Source: Auanema rhodensis
Taxonomy: Eukaryota; Animalia; Nematoda
Reading direction: 5' to 3'
Assembly: GCA_964057225.1 (NCBI GenBank)
Contig: OZ059899.1
Coordinates: 3,038,001 to 3,102,000, forward strand
DNA length: 64,000 bases
A program made the position numbers and the translations under genes. Below the pieces are notes generated by a model. That model was not told the DNA's origin, did not search any database, and saw only the letters and a program-made list of their open reading frames with translations. Of the stretch, positions 12,801 through 25,800 are shown piece by piece. Each line of letters opens with the position of its first letter. The stretch's first letter is position 1.

Positions 12801-14039
12801 ACTAATGCATCATTTTTCAAACGATCATAACTAATTTTTGTATTAAGCGTTTCTCAATGTAGTATAGTGCATTCGATGCGGATTTTTAAGCTGCGTCGAT
12901 CTGTGTTATCAGATTTGCGCTAGCTAAAAAATGCACCGAGATATCAACTGATATAAGTTCACACTTATATCCTCGATTTTCACCCTAAAGAAATAATTTT
13001 TTCGTTGAATAACATTGTCCATCGTCTTTGCCTTGAAAAAAGGAATCTAAAAACATCTACTTTTTGCTAAATTATTCTGAAATTTTTCGAAAAAATTTTT
13101 GTCAAAATGTTTTTGGAAGCAATGTTGAGTGTACATGGAAACTCAACATACACTAATGCATCATTTTTCAAACGATCATAACTAATTTTTGTATTAAGCG
13201 TTTCTCAATGTAGTATAGTGCATTCGATGCGGATTTTTAAGCTGCGTCGATCTGTGTTATCAGATTTACGCTAGCTTAAAAATGCACCGAGATATCAACT
13301 GATATAAGTTCACACATATATACCCGATTTTCACCCTGAAGAATTAATTTTTTCGTTGAATAACATTGTCCATCGTTTTTGCCTTGAAAAAAGGAATCTA
13401 AAAACATCTACTTTTTGCTAAATTATTTTGAAATGTTTCGAAAAAATTTTTGTCAAAATGTTTTTGGAAGCAATGTTGAGTGTACATGGAAACTCAACAT
13501 ACACTAATGCATCATTTTTCAAACGATCATAACTAATTTTTGTATTAAGCGTTTCTCAATGTAGTATAGTGCATTCGATGCGGATTTTTAAGCTGCGTCG
13601 ATCTGTGTTATCAGATTTGCGCTAGCTTAAAAATGCACCGAGATATCAACTGATATAAGTTCACACTTATATCCTCGATTTTCACCCTGAAGAAATAATT
13701 TTTTCGTTGAATAACATTGTCCATCGTCTTTGCCTTGAAAAAAGGAATCTAAAAACATCTACTTTTTGCTAAATTATTCTGAAATTTTTCGAAAAAATTT
13801 TTGTCAAAATGTTTTTGGAAGCAATGTTGAGTGTACATGGAAACTCAACATACACTAATGCATCATTTTTCAAACGATCATAACTAATTTTTGTATTAAG
13901 CGTTTCTCAATGTAGTATAGTGCATTCGATGCGGATTTTTAAGCTGCGTCGATCTGTGTTATCAGATTTGCGCTAGCTTAAAAATGCACCGAGATATCAA
14001 CTGATATAAGTTCACACTTATATCCTCGATTTTCACCCT
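9828..14039 (+). repeat. Local 4-mer higher-order repeat (1404 bp; two close copies plus a diverged third)
   Basis: cacatatatacccga at ~10505, ~11909 and ~13313 (1404-bp spacing), each followed by a cgttttt/aaatgtttcg monomer. caacacacac and tttgtaagc occur in the monomers starting at 9828 and 11232. Confidence 0.8.
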
Positions 14040-17000
14040 GAAGAATTAATTTTTTCGTTGAATAACATTGTCCATCGTCTTTGCCTCGAAAAATGGAATC
14101 TTAAAACATCTACTTTTTGCTAAATTATTTTGAAATTTTTCGAAAAAATTTTTGTCAAAATGTTTTTGGAAGCAATGTTGAGTGTACATGGAAACTCAAC
14201 ATACACTAATGCATCATTTTTCAAACGATCATAACTAATTTTTGTATTAAGCGTTTCTCAATGTAGTATAGTGCATTCGATGCGGATTTTTAAGCTGCGT
14301 CGATCTGTGTTATCAGATTTGCGCTAGCTTAAAAATGCACCGAGATATCAACTGATATAAGTTCACACTTATATCCTCGATTTTCACCCTGAAGAATTAA
14401 TTTTTTCGTTGAATAACATTGTCCATCGTCTTTGCCTTGAAAAATGGAATCTTAAAACATCTACTTTTTGCTAAATTATTTTGAAATTTTTCGAAAAAAT
14501 TTTTGTCAAAATGTTTTTGGAAGCAATGTTGAGTGTACATGGAAACTCAACATACACTAATGCATCATTTTTCAAACGATCATAACTAATTTTCGTATCA
14601 AGTGTTTCTCAATGTAGTATAGTGCATTCGATGCGGATTTTTAAGCTGCGTCGATCTGTGTTATCAGATTTGCGCTAGCTTAAAAATGCACCGAGATATC
14701 AACTGATATAAGTTCACACTTATATCCTCGATTTTCACCCTGAAGAAATAATTTTTTCGTTGAATAACATTGTCCATCGTCTTTGCCTTGAAAAAAGGAA
14801 TCTAAAAACATCTACTTTTTGCTAAATTATTTTGAAATTTTTCGAAAAAATTTTTGTCAAAATGTTTTTGGAAGCAATGTTGAGTGTACATGGAAACTCA
14901 ACATACACTAATGCATCATTTTTCAAACGATCATAACTAATTTTTGTATTAAGCGTTTCTCAATGTAGTATAGTGCATTCGATGCGGATTTTTAAGCTGC
15001 GTCGATCTGTGTTATCAGATTTGCGCTAGCTTAAAAATGCACCGAGATATCAACTGATATAAGTTCACACTTATATCCTCGATTTTCACCCTGAAGAATT
15101 AATTTTTTCGTTGAATAACATTGTCCATCGTCTTTGCCTTGAAAAATGGAATCTTAAAACATCTACTTTTTGCTAAATTATTTTGAAATTTTTCGAAAAA
15201 ATTTTTGTCAAAATGTTTTTGGAAGCAATGTTGAGTGTACATGGAAACTCAACATACACTAATGCATCATTTTTCAAACGATCATAACTAATTTTTGTAT
15301 CAAGTGTTTCTCAATGTAGTATAGTGCATTCGATGCGGATTTTTAAGCTGCGTCGATCTGTGTTATCAGATTTGCGCTAGCTTAAAAATGCACCGAGATA
15401 TCAACTGATATAAGTTCACACTTATATCCTCGATTTTCACCCTGAAGAAATAATTTTTCCGTTGAATAACATTGTCCATCGTCTTTGCCTTGAAAAATAG
15501 AATCTAAAAACATCTACTTTTTGCTAAATTATTTTGAAATTTTTCGAAAAAATTTTTGTCAAAATGTTTTTGGAAGCAATGTTGAGTGTACATGGAAACT
15601 CAACATACACTAATGCATCATTTTTCAAACGATCATAACTAATTTTTGTATTAAGCGTTTCTCAATGTAGTATAGTGCATTCGATGCGGATTTTTAAGCT
15701 GCGTCGATCTGTGTTATCAGATTTGCGCTAGCTTAAAAATGCACCGAGATATCAACTGATATAAGTTCACACTTATATCCTCGATTTTCACCCTGAAGAA
15801 TTAATTTTTTCGTTGAATAACATTGTCCATCGTCTTTGCCTTGAAAAATGGAATCTTAAAACATCTACTTTTTGCTAAATTATTTTGAAATTTTTCGAAA
15901 AAATTTTTGTCAAAATGTTTTTGGAAGCAATGTTGAGTGTACATGGAAACTCAACATACACTAATGCATCATTTTTCAAACGATCATAACTAATTTTTGT
16001 ATCAAGTGTTTCTCAATGTAGTATAGTGCATTCGATGCGGATTTTTAAGCTGCGTCGATCTGTGTTATCAGATTTGCGCTAGCTTAAAAATGCACCGAGA
16101 TATCAACTGATATAAGTTCACACTTATATCCTCGATTTTCACCCTGAAGAAATAATTTTTTCGTTGAATAACATTGTCCATCGTCTTTGCCTTGAAAAAA
16201 GGAATCTAAAAACATCTACTTTTTGCTAAATTATTTTGAAATTTTTCGAAAAAATTTTTGTCAAAATGTTTTTGGAAGCAATGTTGAGTGTACATGGAAA
16301 CTCAACATACACTAATGCATCATTTTTCAAACGATCATAACTAATTTTTGTATTAAGCGTTTCTCAATGTAGTATAGTGCATTCGATGCGGATTTTTAAG
16401 CTGCGTCGATCTGTGTTATCAGATTTGCGCTAGCTTAAAAATGCACCGAGATATCAACTGATATAAGTTCACACTTATATCCTCGATTTTCACCCTGAAG
16501 AATTAATTTTTTCGTTGAATAACATTGTCCATCGTCTTTGCCTTGAAAAATGGAATCTTAAAACATCTACTTTTTGCTAAATTATTTTGAAATTTTTCGA
16601 AAAAATTTTTGTCAAAATGTTTTTGGAAGCAATGTTGAGTGTACATGGAAACTCAACATACACTAATGCATCATTTTTCAAACGATCATAACTAATTTTT
16701 GTATCAAGTGTTTCTCAATGTAGTATAGTGCATTCGATGCGGATTTTTAAGCTGCGTCGATCTGTGTTATCAGATTTGCGCTAGCTTAAAAATGCACCGA
16801 GATATCAACTGATATAAGTTCACACTTATATCCTCGATTTTCACCCTGAAGAAATAATTTTTTCGTTGAATAACATTGTCCATCGTCTTTGCCTTGAAAA
16901 AAGGAATCTAAAAACATCTACTTTTTGCTAAATTATTTTGAAATTTTTCGAAAAAATTTTTGTCAAAATGTTTTTGGAAGCAATGTTGAGTGTACATGGA

Positions 17001-20000
17001 AACTCAACATACACTAATGCATCATTTTTCAAACGATCATAACTAATTTTTGTATCAAGTGTTTCTCAATGTAGTATAGTGCATTCGATGCGGATTTTTA
17101 AGCTGCGTCGATCTGTGTTATCAGATTTGCGCTAGCTTAAAAATGCACCGAGATATCAACTGATATAAGTTCACACTTATATCCTCGATTTTCACCCTGA
17201 AGAAATAATTTTTTCGTTGAATAACATTGTCCATCGTCTTTGCCTTGAAAAAAGGAATCTAAAAACATCTACTTTTTGCTAAATTATTTTGAAATTTTTC
17301 GAAAAAATTTTTGTCAAAATGTTTTTGGAAGCAATGTTGAGTGTACATGGAAACTCAACATACACTAATGCATCATTTTTCAAACGATCATAACTAATTT
17401 TTGTATTAAGCGTTTCTCAATGTAGTATAGTGCATTCGATGCGGATTTTTAAGCTGCGTCGATCTGTGTTATCAGATTTGCGCTAGCTTAAAAATGCACC
17501 GAGATATCAACTGATATAAGTTCACACTTATATCCTCGATTTTCACCCTGAAGAATTAATTTTTTCGTTGAATAACATTGTCCATCGTCTTTGCCTCGAA
17601 AAATGGAATCTTAAAACATCTACTTTTTGCTAAATTATTTTGAAATTTTTCGAAAAAATTTTTGTCAAAATGTTTTTGGAAGCAATGTTGAGTGTACATG
17701 GAAACTCAACATACACTAATGCATCATTTTTCAAACGATCATAACTAATTTTTGTATCAAGTGTTTCTCAATGTAGTATAGTGCATTCGATGCGGATTTT
17801 TAAGCTGCGTCGATCTGTGTTATCAGATTTGCGCTAGCTTAAAAATGCACCGAGATATCAACTGATATAAGTTCACACTTATATCCTCGATTTTCACCCT
17901 GAAGAAATAATTTTTTCGTTGAATAACATTGTCCATCGTCTTTGCCTTGAAAAAAGGAATCTAAAAACATCTACTTTTTGCTAAATTATTTTGAAATTTT
18001 TCGAAAAAATTTTTGTCAAAATGTTTTTGGAAGCAATGTTGAGTGTACATGGAAACTCAACACACACTAATGCATCATTTTTCAAACGATCATAACTAAT
18101 TTTTGTATTAAGCGTTTCTCAATGTAGTATAGTGCATTCGATGCGGATTTTTAAGCTGCGTCGATCTGTGTAATCAGATTTGCGCTAGCTTAAAAATGCA
18201 CCGAGATATCAACTGATATAAGTTCACACTTATATCCTCGATTTTCACCCTGAAGAATTAATTTTTTCGTTGAATAACATTGTCCATCGTCTTTGCCTTG
18301 AAAAATGGAATCTCAAAACATCTACTTTTTGCTAAATTATTTTGAAATTTTTCGAAAAAATTTTTGTCAAAATGTTTTTGGAAGCAATGTTGAGTGTACA
18401 TGGAAACTCAACATACACTAATGCATCATTTTTCAAACGATCATAACTAATTTTTGTATTAAGCGTTTCTCAATGTAGTATAGTGCATTCGATGCGGATT
18501 TTTAAGCTGCGTCGATCTGTGTTATCAGATTTGCGCTAGCTTAAAAATGCACCGAGATATCAACTGATATAAGTTCACACTTATATCCTCGATTTTCACC
18601 CTGAAGAAATAATTTTTCCGTTGAATAACATTGTCCATCGTCTTTGCCTTGAAAAATAGAATCTAAAAACATCTACTTTTTGCTAAATTATTTTGAAATT
18701 TTTCGAAAAAATTTTTGTCAAAATGTTTTTGGAAGCAATGTTGAGTGTACATGGAAACTCAACATACACTAATGCATCATTTTTCAAACGATCATAACTA
18801 ATTTTTGTATTAAGCGTTTCTCAATGTAGTATAGTGCATTCGATGCGGATTTTTAAGCTGCGTCGATCTGTGTTATCAGATTTGCGCTAGCTTAAAAATG
18901 CACCGAGATATCAACTGATATAAGTTCACACTTATATCCTCGATTTTCACCCTGAAGAATTAATTTTTTCGTTGAATAACATTGTCCATCGTCTTTGCCT
19001 TGAAAAATGGAATCTTAAAACATCTACTTTTTGCTAAATTATTTTGAAATTTTTCGAAAAAATTTTTGTCAAAATGTTTTTGGAAGCAATGTTGAGTGTA
19101 CATGGAAACTCAACATACACTAATGCATCATTTTTCAAACGATCATAACTAATTTTTGTATCAAGTGTTTCTCAATGTAGTATAGTGCATTCGATGCGGA
19201 TTTTTAAGCTGCGTCGATCTGTGTTATCAGATTTGCGCTAGCTTAAAAATGCACCGAGATATCAACTGATATAAGTTCACACTTATATCCTCGATTTTCA
19301 CCCTGAAGAAATAATTTTTTCGTTGAATAACATTGTCCATCGTCTTTGCCTTGAAAAAAGGAATCTAAAAACATCTACTTTTTGCTAAATTATTTTGAAA
19401 TTTTTCGAAAAACTTTTTGTCAAAATGTTTTTGGAAACAATGTTGAGTGTACATGGAAACTCAACATACACTAATGCATCATTTTTCAAACGATCATAAC
19501 TAATTTTTGTATTAAGCGTTTCTCAATGTAGTATAGTGCATTCGATGCGGATTTTTAAGCTGCGTCGATCTGTGTTATCAGATTTGCGCTAGCTTAAAAA
19601 TGCACCGAGATATCAACTGATATAAGTTCACACTTATATCCTCGATTTTCACCCTGAAGAAATAATTTTTTTGTTGAATAACATTGTCCATCGTCTTTGC
19701 CTTGAAAAAAGGAATCTAAAAACATCTACTTTTTGCTAAATTATTTTGAAATTTTTCGAAAAAATTTTTGTCAAAATGTTTTTGGAAACAATGTTGAGTG
19801 TACATGGAAACTCAACATACACTAATGCATCATTTTTCAAACGATCATAACTAATTTTTGTATTAAGTGTTTCTCAATGTAGTATAGTGCATTCGATGCG
19901 GATTTTTAAGCTGCGTCGATCTGTGTTATCAGATTTGCGCTAGCTTAAAAATGCACCGAGATATCAACTGATATAAGTTCACACTTATATCCTCGATTTT

Positions 20001-22814
20001 CACCCTGAAGAATTAATTTTTTCGTTGAATAACATTGTCCATCGTCTTTGCCTTGAAAAATGGAATCTAAAAACATCTACTTTTTGCTAAATTATTTTGA
20101 AATTTTTCGAAAACATTTTTGTCAAAATGTTTTTGGAAGCAATGTTGAGTGTACATGGAAACTCAACATACACTAATGCATCATTTTTCAAACGTTCATA
20201 ACTAATTTTTGTATCAAGCGTTTCTCAATGTAGTATAGTGCATTCGATGCGGATTTTTAAGCTGCGTCGATCTGTGTTATCAGATTTGCGCTAGCTTAAA
20301 AATGCACCGAGACATCAACTGATATAAGTTCACACTTATATCCTCGATTTTCACCCTGAAGAAATAATTTTTTCGTTGAATAACATTGTCCATCGTCTTT
20401 GCCTTGAAAAAAGGAATCTAAAAACATCTACTTTTTGCTAAATTATTCTGAAATTTTTCGAAAAAATTTTTGTCAAAATGTTTTTGGAAACAATGTTGAG
20501 TGTACATGGAAACTCAACATACACTAATGCATCATTTTTCAAACGATCATAACTAATTTTTGTATTAAGCGTTTCTCAATGTAGTATAGTGCATTCGATG
20601 CGGATTTTTAAGCTGCGTCGATCTGTGTTATCAGATTTGCGCTAGCTTAAAAATGCACCGAGATATCAACTGATATAAGTTCACACTTATATCCTCGATT
20701 TTCACCCTGAAGAATTAATTTTTTCGTTGAATAACATTGTCCATCGTCTTTGCCTTGAAAAATGGAATCTAAAAACATCTATTTTTTGTTAAATTATTTT
20801 GAAATTTTTCGAAAAAATTTTTGTCAAAATGTTTTTGGAAGCAATGTTGAGTGTACATGGAAACTCAACATACACTAATGCATCATTTTTAAAACGATCA
20901 TAACTAATTTTTGTATCAAGCGTTTCTCAATGTAGTATAGTGCATTCGATGCGGATTTTTAAGCTGCGTCGATCTGTGTTATCAGATTTGCGCTAGCTTA
21001 AAAATGCACCGAGATATCAACTGATATAAGTTCACACTTATATCCTCGATTTTCACCCTGAAGAAATAATTTTTTCGTTGAATAACATTGTCCATCGTCT
21101 TTGCCTTGAAAAAAGGAATCTAAAAACATCTACTTTTTGCTAAATTATTCTGAAATTTTTCGAAAAAATTTTTGTCAAAATGTTTTTGGAAACAATGTTG
21201 AGTGTACATGGAAACTCAACATACACTAATGCATCATTTTTCAAACGATCATAACTAATTTTTGTATTAAGCGTTTTTCAATGTAGTATAGTGCATTCGA
21301 TGCGGATTTTTAAGCTGCGTCGATCAGTGTTATCAGATTTGCGCTAGCTTAAAAATGCACCGAGATATCAACTGATATAAGTTCACACTTATATCCTCGA
21401 TTTTCACCCTGAAGAATTAATTTTTTCGTTGAATAACATTGTCCATCGTCTTTGCCTTGAAAAATGGAATCTAAAAACATCTATTTTTTGTTAAATTATT
21501 TTGAAATTTTTCGAAAAAATTTTTGTCAAAATGTTTTTGGAAGCAATGTTGAGTGTACATGGAAACTCAACATACACTAATGCATCATTTTTCAAACGAT
21601 CATAACTAATTTTTGTATAAAGCGTTTCTCAATGTAGTATAGTGCATTCGATGCGGATTTTTAAGCTGCGTCGATCTGTGTTATCAGATTTGCGCTAGCT
21701 TAAAAATGCACCGAGATATCAACTGATATAAGTTCACACTTATATCCTCGATTTTCACCCTGAAGAATTAATTTTTTCGTTGAATAACATTGTCCATCGT
21801 CTTTGCCTTGAAAAATGGAATCTAAAAACATCTACTTTTTGCTAAATTATTTTGAAATTTTTCGAAAACATTTTTGTCAAAATGTTTTTGGAAGCAATGT
21901 TGAGTGTACATGGAAACTCAACATACACTAATGCATCATTTTTCAAACGATCATAACTAATTTTTGTATCAAGCGTTTCTCAATGTAGTATAGTGCATTC
22001 GATGCGGATTTTTAAGCTGCGTCGATCTGTGTTATCAGATTTGCGCTAGCTTAAAAATGCACCGAGATATCAACTGATATAAGTTCACACTTATATCCTC
22101 GATTTTCACCCTGAAGAAATAATTTTTTCGTTGAATAACATTGTCCATCGTCTTTGCCTTGAAAAAAGGAATCTAAAAACATCTACTTTTTGCTAAATTA
22201 TTCTGAAATTTTTCGAAAAAATTTTTGTCAAAATGTTTTTGGAAACAATGTTGAGTGTACATGGAAACTCAACATACACTAATGCATCATTTTTCAAACG
22301 ATCATAACTAATTTTTGTATTAAGCGTTTTTCAATGTAGTATAGTGCATTCGATGCGGATTTTTAAGCTGCGTCGATCAGTGTTATCAGATTTGCGCTAG
22401 CTTAAAAATGCACCGAGATATCAACTGATATAAGTTCACACTTATATCCTCGATTTTCACCCTGAAGAATTAATTTTTTCGTTGAATAACATTGTCCATC
22501 GTCTTTGCCTTGAAAAATGGAATCTAAAAACATCTATTTTTTGTTAAATTATTTTGAAATTTTTCGAAAAAATTTTTGTCAAAATGTTTTTGGAAGCAAT
22601 GTTGAGTGTACATGGAAACTCAACATACACTAATGCATCATTTTTCAAACGATCATAACTAATTTTTGTATTAAGCGTTTCTCAATGTAGTATAGTGCAT
22701 TCGATGCGGATTTTTAAGCTGCGTCGATCTGTGTTATCAGATTTGCGCTAGCTTAAAAATGCACCGAGATATCAACTGATATAAGTTCACACTTATATCC
22801 TCGATTTTCACCCT

Positions 22815-25800
22815 GAAGAATTAATTTTTTCGTTGAATAACATTGTCCATCGTCTTTGCCTTGAAAAAAGGAATCTAATAACATCTACTTTTTGCTAAAT
22901 TATTTTGAAATTTTTCGATAAACTTTTTGTCAAAATGTTTTTGGAAACAATGTTGAGTGTACATGGAAACTCAACATACACTAATGCATCATTTTTCAAA
23001 CGATCATAACTAATTTTTGTATTAAGCGTTTCTCAATGTAGTATTTGTGCATTCGATGCGGATTTTTAAGCTGCGTCGATCTGTGTTATCAGATTTGCGC
23101 TAGCTTAAAAATGCACCGAGATATCAACTGATATAAGTTCACACTTATATCCTCGATTTTCACCCTGAAGAAATAATTTTTTCGTTGAATAACATTGTCC
23201 ATCGTCTTTGCCTTGAAAAAAGGAATCTAAAAACATCTACTTTTTGCTAAATTATTCTGAAATTTTTCGAAAAAATTTTTGTCAAAATGTTTTTGGAAAC
23301 AATGTTGAGTGTACATGGAAACTCAACATACACTAATGCATCATTTTTCAAACGATCATAACTAATTTTTGTATTAAGCATTTCTCAATGTAGTATAGTG
23401 CATTCGATGCGGATTTTTAAGCTGCGTCGATCTGTGTTATCAGATTTGCGCTAGCTTAAAAATGCACCGAGATATCAACTGATATAAGTTCACACTTATA
23501 TCCTCGATTTTCACCCTGAAGAATTAATTTTTTCGTTGAATAACATTGTCCATCGTCTTTGCCTTGAAAAAAGGAATCTAATAACATCTACTTTTTGCTA
23601 AATTATTTTGAAATTTTTCGAAAAAATTTTTGTCAAAATGTTTTTGGAAGCAATGTTGAGTGTACATGGAAACTCAACATACACTAATGCATCATTTTTC
23701 AAACGATCATAACTAATTTTTGTATCAAGCGTTTCTCAATGTAGTATAGTGCATTCGATGCGGATTTTTAAGCTGCGTCGATCTGTGTTATCAGATTTGC
23801 GCTAGCTTAAAAATGCACCGAGATATCAACTGATATAAGTTCACACTTATATCCTCGATTTTCACCCTGAAGAAATAATTTTTTCGTTGAATAACATTGT
23901 CCATCGTCTTTGCCTTGAAAAAAGGAATCTAAAAACATCTACTTTTTGCTAAATTATTTTGAAATTTTTCGAAAAACTTTTTGTCAAAATGTTTTTGGAA
24001 ACAATGTTGAGTGTACATGGAAACTCAACATACACTAATGCATCATTTTTCAAACGATCATAACTAATTTTTGTATTAAGCGTTTTTCAATGTAGTATAG
24101 TGCATTCGATGCGGATTTTTAAGCTGCGTCGATCAGTGTTATCAGATTTGCGCTAGCTTAAAAATGCACCGAGATATCAACTGATATAAGTTCACACTTA
24201 TATCCTCGATTTTCACCCTGAAGAATTAATTTTTTCGTTGAATAACATTGTCCATCGTCTTTGCCTTGAAAAATGGAATCTAAAAACATCTATTTTTTGT
24301 TAAATTATTTTGAAATTTTTCGAAAAAATTTTTGTCAAAATGTTTTTGGAAGCAATGTTGAGTGTACATGGAAACTCAACATACACTAATGCATCATTTT
24401 TCAAACGATCATAACTAATTTTTGTATTAAGCGTTTCTCAATGTAGTATAGTGCATTCGATGCGGATTTTTAAGCTGCGTCGATCTGTGTTATCAGATTT
24501 GCGCTAGCTTAAAAATGCACCGAGATATCAACTGATATAAGTTCACACTTATATCCTCGATTTTCACCCTGAAGAATTAATTTTTTCGTTGAATAACATT
24601 GTCCATCGTCTTTGCCTTGAAAAAAGGAATCTAATAACATCTACTTTTTGCTAAATTATTTTGAAATTTTTCGAAAAACTTTTTGTCAAAATGTTTTTGG
24701 AAACAATGTTGAGTGTACATGGAAACTCAACATACACTAATGCATCATTTTTCAAACGATCATAACTAATTTTTGTATTAAGCGTTTCTCAATGTAGTAT
24801 AGTGCATTCGATGCGGATTTTTAAGCTGCGTCGATCTGTGTTATCAGATTTGCGCTAGCTTAAAAATGCACCGAGATATCAACTGATATAAGTTCACACT
24901 TATATCCTCGATTTTCACCCTGAAGAAATAATTTTTTTGTTGAATAACATTGTCCATCGTCTTTGCCTTGAAAAAAGGAATCTAAAAACATCTACTTTTT
25001 GCTAAATTATTTTGAAATTTTTCGAAAAAATTTTTGTCAAAATGTTTTTGGAAACAATGTTGAGTGTACATGGAAACTCAACATACACTAATGCATCATT
25101 TTTCAAACGATCATAACTAATTTTTGTATTAAGTGTTTCTCAATGTAGTATAGTGCATTCGATGCGGATTTTTAAGCTGCGTCGATCTGTGTTATCAGAT
25201 TTGCGCTAGCTTAAAAATGCACCGAGATATCAACTGATATAAGTTCACACTTATATCCTCGATTTTCACCCTGAAGAATTAATTTTTTCGTTGAATAACA
25301 TTGTCCATCGTCTTTGCCTTGAAAAATGGAATCTAAAAACATCTACTTTTTGCTAAATTATTTTGAAATTTTTCGAAAACATTTTTGTCAAAATGTTTTT
25401 GGAAGCAATGTTGAGTGTACATGGAAACTCAACATACACTAATGCATCATTTTTCAAACGTTCATAACTAATTTTTGTATCAAGCGTTTCTCAATGTAGT
25501 ATAGTGCATTCGATGCGGATTTTTAAGCTGCGTCGATCTGTGTTATCAGATTTGCGCTAGCTTAAAAATGCACCGAGATATCAACTGATATAAGTTCACA
25601 CTTATATCCTCGATTTTCACCCTGAAGAAATAATTTTTTCGTTGAATAACATTGTCCATCGTCTTTGCCTTGAAAAAAGGAATCTAAAAACATCTACTTT
25701 TTGCTAAATTATTCTGAAATTTTTCGAAAAAATTTTTGTCAAAATGTTTTTGGAAACAATGTTGAGTGTACATGGAAACTCAACATACACTAATGCATCA

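Larger units (their letters stand above)
1..19304 (+). repeat. Sub-family domain A (monomers 1-55)
   Basis: Alleles ggaatcTTaaaa, gtatCaagTgttt, tttttCcgtt with aatAgaatc, tgtAatcag and cacAtatatAcCcga are concentrated here. The last gtatcaagtg of the domain is at ~19160. Confidence 0.8.
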
